Assembly (NCBI GenBank): GCA_024654005.1
Contig: JANLGX010000142.1
Span: 1-50,927, forward strand
DNA: 50,927 bases
Origin: Gemmatimonadaceae bacterium
Lineage (GTDB): Bacteria > Gemmatimonadota > Gemmatimonadetes > Gemmatimonadales > Gemmatimonadaceae
Reading direction: 5' to 3'
The notes below the pieces were generated by a model. It did no database searches and had not been told where the DNA came from. It was given only the letters and a program-made list of their open reading frames with translations. This document shows, in pieces, positions 43,889-50,927 of this stretch. The position numbers and the translations under genes are program-made. The stretch's first letter is position 1, and every line of letters starts with the position of its first letter.

Positions 43889-44497
43889 TTACGGCGTTAT
43901 GGTGAGAGTAATTGGATTTTTCAGGTGCACGATGTGTTCCCGCCTCGCGAGCCGCCTGATTCGCTCGAACCAGCTCGGCGGGCGCGGCTCGCCGCCGTGC
44001 TCCATTACCCGTTTGGCCACGTCCGCCACTTCCTGAGGGTCCATCCGCAGGCAGCCCTTGGAACCGGACTCGCCCAGCGATTCCACCGCCGGCGTGCCGT
44101 GGATGTAGTAGTCGGGCTCCTTGAAGAAGATCTTCACGGTCTGCATGGGATTGTCGGAATCGCCCGGCGCTTTCGCGGTCTTGCCGCGCGCCCACGGCTC
44201 CTTGGGCGGAACCCAACGCGGATTCCAGATCAGCTTCCTGATCCTGAATGTGCCCGTCGGCGTCGGATGCCCGTCGGCGCCCACAGCCACCGCGTATGTC
44301 GCGACGACGGAGTCGCGCATTCGCACGGTGAGAATGCGTGCGCCGAGGCTCGCCGACAGCGTGAGGGCCGCGGCGGGCGCCGCCACGGCCACGCTATCAG
44401 GCTTTGCGGCTGAGTCGGCGCGTACCGAGTCGACTGACGCTCCAGCCGCCGGACCGGCGAGAATGGCTGCTGCGAAAAGGCCATTTATGTGATTCAA
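43889..44497 (-). CDS. L,D-transpeptidase (YkuD domain)
   Basis: ..HPTPTGTFRI.., ..YYIHGTP...LGESGSKGCLRM is the YkuD H..G..S.GC.R motif. A TTG start at 44497 with GAGGG upstream gives signal peptide MNHINGLFAAAILAGPAAGA. The longer ORF would overlap the M2 peptidase gene. Confidence 0.75.
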   Translation of the reverse strand: MNHINGLFAAAILAGPAAGASVDSVRADSAAKPDSVAVAAPAAALTLSASLGARILTVRMRDSVVATYAVAVGADGHPTPTGTFRIRKLIWNPRWVPPKEPWARGKTAKAPGDSDNPMQTVKIFFKEPDYYIHGTPAVESLGESGSKGCLRMDPQEVADVAKRVMEHGGEPRPPSWFERIRRLARREHIVHLKNPITLTITP

Positions 44498-44565
44498 CGT
44501 GTCGCCCTCGTTTCGGATTGTGGCCGCTACAGAAGGCAACAAGTGTTCCTGCCGCTCCCGTCTCG

Positions 44566-46413
44566 CTACAGATTCGGCAGCGTGTGGGTGCGCCCTCTGT
44601 TCTGCTCCTGCAGCCACGCGTGCAGCGGCGCGAAGTACTCCATCATCGCATTGGCGTTGAGCTCCTGGCCCGTGGTCTCGCGCAGCACGTCGCGCCATGG
44701 ACGGCTCGCGCCCGGCGCCATGAGCGTGCGCAGAAAATCTCCGACGCCCGTGCTGCCATAGTAATTCGTGTTGCGCGGGTCCTGCTTCAGAATGTCTTGC
44801 GCGATGTGGTTGTGCATCTGGAACAGGAGCGCGAACGACAGCGCGTAATCGTAGTACTGGCCCGGGTCGTCGTTGATATGCGTCTTGGTCAGCGCGTCGG
44901 CGAACTGCTCACCGCGCGGCGCGGGCGGGACGATCCCCTGATAGCGGCGCGCAAGCTCCCACCAGCGCGCATTCCACTGATCGGGCGACAGGTTGTTCGC
45001 GTACAACTCGTGCTCGAACCGGGTCATGACGCCGGCCGAGAAAGGCATGAACACTATGTAGTTCAGCGCTTCGCGCAGCAGCTGGGCCCGCTCGTCCGCC
45101 TGCGCTCCCGCCGGCAGCAGGCCGCGTCCCACAAGAAACGGGCGCTGCATTGACGCGAGCCCGATCATCGAGCCGATCGCCTCGTGGTACGCGCGATTGG
45201 CTCCGCCGCGCAGCACGAGCGGGACCTCGGGCCGCGTGTACGCGACGTAGTAGTAGATGTGGCCCAGCTCGTGATGCGAGGTCTCGTACCAGTCAGCATT
45301 GGGCTCCACGCTCATGAGCGAGCGCACGTCGTTCTCGAGATCCAGGTGCCACGCGGATGCGTGCGTGTTCTTCTTGTAGGGCGCATTCGCCGGCAGTGGA
45401 TACAATGACGACTTCTCGTAGAAGCTCGCGGGCAGGGCGGGGAAGCCGAGCGATTTGTAGAAGTCCTCGCTCGAGCGCACTACCCACTCCGCGGTCTTTC
45501 CCTTGAAGGCGTCGTCGAGATTGGGTCCGCCCTCGGAGCGCGCGAGATCCTCCCACGACTGGCCCCATCTGTTCGGCAGCCAGTGCGCGGGGAGATACTC
45601 GGGCACGGGGACGTTGTACTTCCTGGCCAGCTCGTACCGCGCCCAGGTGTGCAGCTCGCGGTACAGCGGCCGGATCTGCCGCAGCAGATTGTCGGTCATC
45701 TGCAGCATCTCATCCGTCGTCATGCCGTAGTCCGACACCTGATACGTGAAGAAGTCTGGGTAGCCGAGCGCCTGGACCGTCTGGTTGCGCAGGTCGCGCA
45801 GGCTCATGATCCCCGGCTTGAGCGTCGGGCCGACGGCCTTGGACGATTCCCAGTACGCGCGGCGGTCGGCGATGTTCGTGCTGTTGCGCAGCGTCGAGTC
45901 GATCTGGTTGGGCGTGACCGCTTTGCCGTTAACCATGAACGTGTAGCCGTACAGCTTCTCGGTCTGCTCCGTCTCCGCGGCGATGCGCCGGCGCACGACG
46001 TCGGGCGCCGTTTGCGGCTGGTTGGCGGCGGCGTACAGCATCGCCTCGAGCTGGCGCACCTGGATCGGGGTGAGCCGGTCCTTCTGCGCCAGGTAGCCGC
46101 GGATGCGCTCGATGTTGGCGACGCTGCCGACGAAGCTCGCGTACGCTTCGTTCGCCGCCTTGGTGCGGCGCGCATTGGTCGAGTCGCCTTCCACGATGTG
46201 CGTGTTCGATACCCACTCGGCCTGCGCCGAGGCGTAGTACAGCCGCTGGAATTCCGTGGCATAGCTGTCGAGATACGCCTGCGCGTCGGCCTGGGCGGCG
46301 ACGGTCGTCGCGATCGTCGCGGCGGTCTGGGCGGTCTGCGCGATCTGAGTGCAGCTGCCGGCAATGGTCAGGAAGACGACAGGCAGGACGGTGGCGCGGA
46401 AGAGGCGCTGCAT
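44566..46413 (-). CDS. M2-family (angiotensin-converting-enzyme-like) peptidyl-dipeptidase, secreted
   Basis: Signal/lipobox MQRLFRATVLPVVFLTIAGSC. Zinc motif HHELGHIYYY...GANRAYHEAIGS (HEXXH + E), as in ACE-family enzymes. The ATG at 46413 has GGAG 9 nt upstream. Confidence 0.8.
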   Translation of the reverse strand: MQRLFRATVLPVVFLTIAGSCTQIAQTAQTAATIATTVAAQADAQAYLDSYATEFQRLYYASAQAEWVSNTHIVEGDSTNARRTKAANEAYASFVGSVANIERIRGYLAQKDRLTPIQVRQLEAMLYAAANQPQTAPDVVRRRIAAETEQTEKLYGYTFMVNGKAVTPNQIDSTLRNSTNIADRRAYWESSKAVGPTLKPGIMSLRDLRNQTVQALGYPDFFTYQVSDYGMTTDEMLQMTDNLLRQIRPLYRELHTWARYELARKYNVPVPEYLPAHWLPNRWGQSWEDLARSEGGPNLDDAFKGKTAEWVVRSSEDFYKSLGFPALPASFYEKSSLYPLPANAPYKKNTHASAWHLDLENDVRSLMSVEPNADWYETSHHELGHIYYYVAYTRPEVPLVLRGGANRAYHEAIGSMIGLASMQRPFLVGRGLLPAGAQADERAQLLREALNYIVFMPFSAGVMTRFEHELYANNLSPDQWNARWWELARRYQGIVPPAPRGEQFADALTKTHINDDPGQYYDYALSFALLFQMHNHIAQDILKQDPRNTNYYGSTGVGDFLRTLMAPGASRPWRDVLRETTGQELNANAMMEYFAPLHAWLQEQNRGRTHTLPNL

Positions 46414-46557
46414 AAAGAGACTCCGGTGTTCGCGTTGGTCGATGCTGGGAATTAACGCACGGCTCTCCCGGGGCGCCACGGTCTGGCGAGCCGAACCGAG
46501 GGAGGGTAGCGTTGGCGCCAGAAGGCACAGCGTCTTTTCCCGTAACCGGACGATCCG

Positions 46558-46899
46558 ATGCTTTTGTTTTGGCGGGGCCACGGCTGGGCCGTGCTGCTGA
46601 TCCTGTTCGGCTGGTTGTTTCTTTTGATCGGCGTGACGATCGCAACCCACGGCCCGGAGGGCGACCCGAGCGCGGCGGCGAACACGGACCGAACGTTCGC
46701 TCTCGCGTTCGCGCTGTCGGCCGTAACGGTTTACGCCATGGCCTGGCGGAAGGAGAGGAAGCTTCGCGCCGCCGCCGATCCGGTCCCGTACGACGACAAT
46801 TTCATGTTCATCCCGGTGAAGTTCTGGGCGTACGGCTTTGCGGTGATTGCGGTGTTCCTGCTGGTCCGTTCGTTCTCGCTGCTTGGATTGTCGCCCTGA
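46558..46899 (+). CDS. Small integral membrane protein (3-4 TM helices), unknown function
   Basis: Hydrophobic helices (WAVLLILFGWLFLLIGVTIA, FALAFALSAVTVYAMAW, FWAYGFAVIAVFLLV). High GC3. Confidence 0.6.
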   Translation: MLLFWRGHGWAVLLILFGWLFLLIGVTIATHGPEGDPSAAANTDRTFALAFALSAVTVYAMAWRKERKLRAAADPVPYDDNFMFIPVKFWAYGFAVIAVFLLVRSFSLLGLSP

Positions 46900-46956
46900 C
46901 CATGTAGAGCGGCGTGTTCGGCATGGTAGGTGCAGCAATTCGAAGCGGGGGTCGTC

Positions 46957-47631
46957 ATGACCATGAAGTTTCGCGACCGACTCGATGCGGGACGACAGCT
47001 GGCGAGCAGGCTGGCCGAGTACGCCGACCGTACGGACGTGCTGGTGCTCGGCTTGCCGCGGGGCGGCGTACCGGTCGCGTTCGAGGTCGCGCGCGCTCTT
47101 TCCGCTCCGCTCGACGTCTTCGTCGTCCGCAAGCTCGGGCTGCCGCATCACGAGGAGCTGGCGATGGGCGCTATTGCGATGGGCGGAGCGCGCGTACTGG
47201 ATCGCGCCCTGATCGCGCAGGTGGGCGTGAGCGACGCGGAGATCGAGCAGGTCACGCGGCGCGAGGAGATCGAGCTGGAGCGGCGCCAGAAGCAGTACCG
47301 TGGCGACCGTCCGCTGCCGGACATCGCCGGGCGCACGGTGATCCTGGTGGACGACGGGCTCGCGACCGGGTCAAGCATGCGCGTCGCTGTCGCCGCGCTC
47401 AGGGAAGAGCACCCGCGGAAGATCGTCGTGGCGGTTCCGATCGCCCCGGAGGAGACCTGTGAGATGCTGCGCGGCGCGGCCGACGAGGTCGTGTGCGCTC
47501 TCACGCCGGAGCCGTTTTACGCGGTCGGGCTCTGGTACCGCGACTTCTCGCAGACGAGCGACGAGGAAGTGCACGACCTGATCGAGCGCTCGAGGGAGGA
47601 GCTCGTTCCCGCGCCTTTCCCGCGCCGCTGA
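46957..47631 (+). CDS. Phosphoribosyltransferase-domain protein (type I PRTase fold)
   Basis: ..VLVLGLPRGGVPVA.. and the PRPP-binding loop VILVDDGLATGSSM. Confidence 0.8.
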   Translation: MTMKFRDRLDAGRQLASRLAEYADRTDVLVLGLPRGGVPVAFEVARALSAPLDVFVVRKLGLPHHEELAMGAIAMGGARVLDRALIAQVGVSDAEIEQVTRREEIELERRQKQYRGDRPLPDIAGRTVILVDDGLATGSSMRVAVAALREEHPRKIVVAVPIAPEETCEMLRGAADEVVCALTPEPFYAVGLWYRDFSQTSDEEVHDLIERSREELVPAPFPRR

Positions 47632-47665
47632 GCGGGCGCGCTCGCACGGCAGACAGGGAGGACGA

Positions 47666-48391
47666 ATGACTGTGGCATCCGATTCAGCTTCGGTGGAGCG
47701 CATGGTGGTGGTCGAGGCCGGCGACGCGTCGCTCGAGGGGACGCTGGCGCTTCCGCCGGCGGCGCGCGGTGTCGTCGTGTTCGCGCACGGCAGCGGGAGC
47801 AGCCGGCACAGTCCCCGAAACCGCTTCGTGGCGGAGGCGCTGCGCGAGGGAGGGATGGGTACGCTGCTGCTCGATCTGTTGACGGCGCGGGAAGAGGGAG
47901 TGGACGTCTACACGCGCGAGCACCGGTTCGACATCGGATTGCTGGCGCGGCGGCTCGCGGGCGCGATCGACTGGCTGGACGAGGAGGAATCGACCCGCGC
48001 CCTTCCGGTCGGACTGTTCGGGGCGAGCACGGGCGGAGGCGCCGCGCTGGTGGCCGCGGCGGATCATCCGGAGAAGGTGCGCGCCGTGGTGTCGCGTGGC
48101 GGCCGGCCCGACCTGGCGGGCGAGGCGCTGGCGCGCGTGCGGGCGCCGACGCTGCTGATCGTGGGCGAGCGTGACGAGCAGGTGATCGAGCTGAACCGGG
48201 AAGCGATGTCTCGGATGACGGCGCCGGTGCGGCTGGAGATCGTGCCGCGCGCGACGCATCTATTTGAAGAGCCCGGGACGCTGGAGCAGGTCGCGCGGCT
48301 GGCCCGCGACTGGTTCGTCCGCCAGCTCCCAGTGAACGTGGCTGAGCTGACCCACTCCAGGTCGCCGGGAGGAGTTGACTCCCGCCCGTAG
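47666..48391 (+). CDS. Dienelactone-hydrolase-family alpha/beta hydrolase
   Basis: GGGAGGA lies 5 nt upstream of the ATG. ..VVVFAHGSGSSRHSPRN.., nucleophile region GLFGASTGG, ..IVGERDE... Confidence 0.75.
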   Translation: MTVASDSASVERMVVVEAGDASLEGTLALPPAARGVVVFAHGSGSSRHSPRNRFVAEALREGGMGTLLLDLLTAREEGVDVYTREHRFDIGLLARRLAGAIDWLDEEESTRALPVGLFGASTGGGAALVAAADHPEKVRAVVSRGGRPDLAGEALARVRAPTLLIVGERDEQVIELNREAMSRMTAPVRLEIVPRATHLFEEPGTLEQVARLARDWFVRQLPVNVAELTHSRSPGGVDSRP

Positions 48392-48619
48392 CGGCTTACA
48401 TTACTAAGGCTATGGCAAACTACGCTTTGCGTGGCGAGCCGTGGCACAGTAAGAGACAACCAAACCGCCGAGGAAGTTTTCGGCGCGCCTCGAGTCCCCA
48501 CCCGTGCAGGAGCGGCGGGTGCACCCGGCGGCAGCGGATGGATACCGGCCCACCATGGGTGCCTGGTCCACCCGCGTTTTCGTTCTCTGGAACCGCTCCG
48601 CAGCCTGAATCAAACGAAC

Positions 48620-50755
<2,136 letters not shown>

Positions 50756-50759
50756 AGTC

Positions 50760-50927
<168 letters not shown>

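Overview
This is a high-GC (about 68% by eye) bacterial chromosomal window. Gene content suggests Gemmatimonadota or a similar lineage, but that is inference only. All homology calls come from motifs I recognise in the supplied translations; no searches were run.

Layout, left to right:
1. A SusC/SusD-like outer-membrane uptake pair. It is followed by an Ig-like/cupredoxin-like lipoprotein and a Tat-signal TldD/PmbA-like pair.
2. A six-gene MoxR / DUF58 / BatA-like / DUF4159 module.
3. proC.
4. A minus-strand aromatic amino-acid operon (aroF-pheA-aroH-aroA) that ends in a decayed partial copy of hisN-hisIE.
5. Divergent aroB.
6. A complete, translationally coupled minus-strand his operon (hisG-D-C-H-A-B-F-N-IE).
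7. A small decayed accessory islet: an XRE fragment, two Uma2 endonuclease genes, an nrfH/nrfA deletion scar and long hairpin repeats.
8. A TetR / HlyD / ABC-2 exporter operon.
9. rpsL-rpsG, separated from fusA-tuf by about 9 kb of envelope, peptidase and signalling genes.

The most interesting signals are regulatory. A textbook-looking aromatic leader-peptide attenuator (..NFYFIWFF..) sits in front of aroF. A weaker His-rich leader ORF plus terminator sits in front of hisG. Other notable points:
- a roughly 0.9 kb diverged intra-window duplication that creates a false 628-aa HisIE-ProC ORF;
- an apparent in-frame TetR-HlyD fusion behind a 22-bp AT palindrome;
- an nrfHA deletion remnant.

I recognised no rRNA, tRNA, CRISPR array, transposase or integrase.
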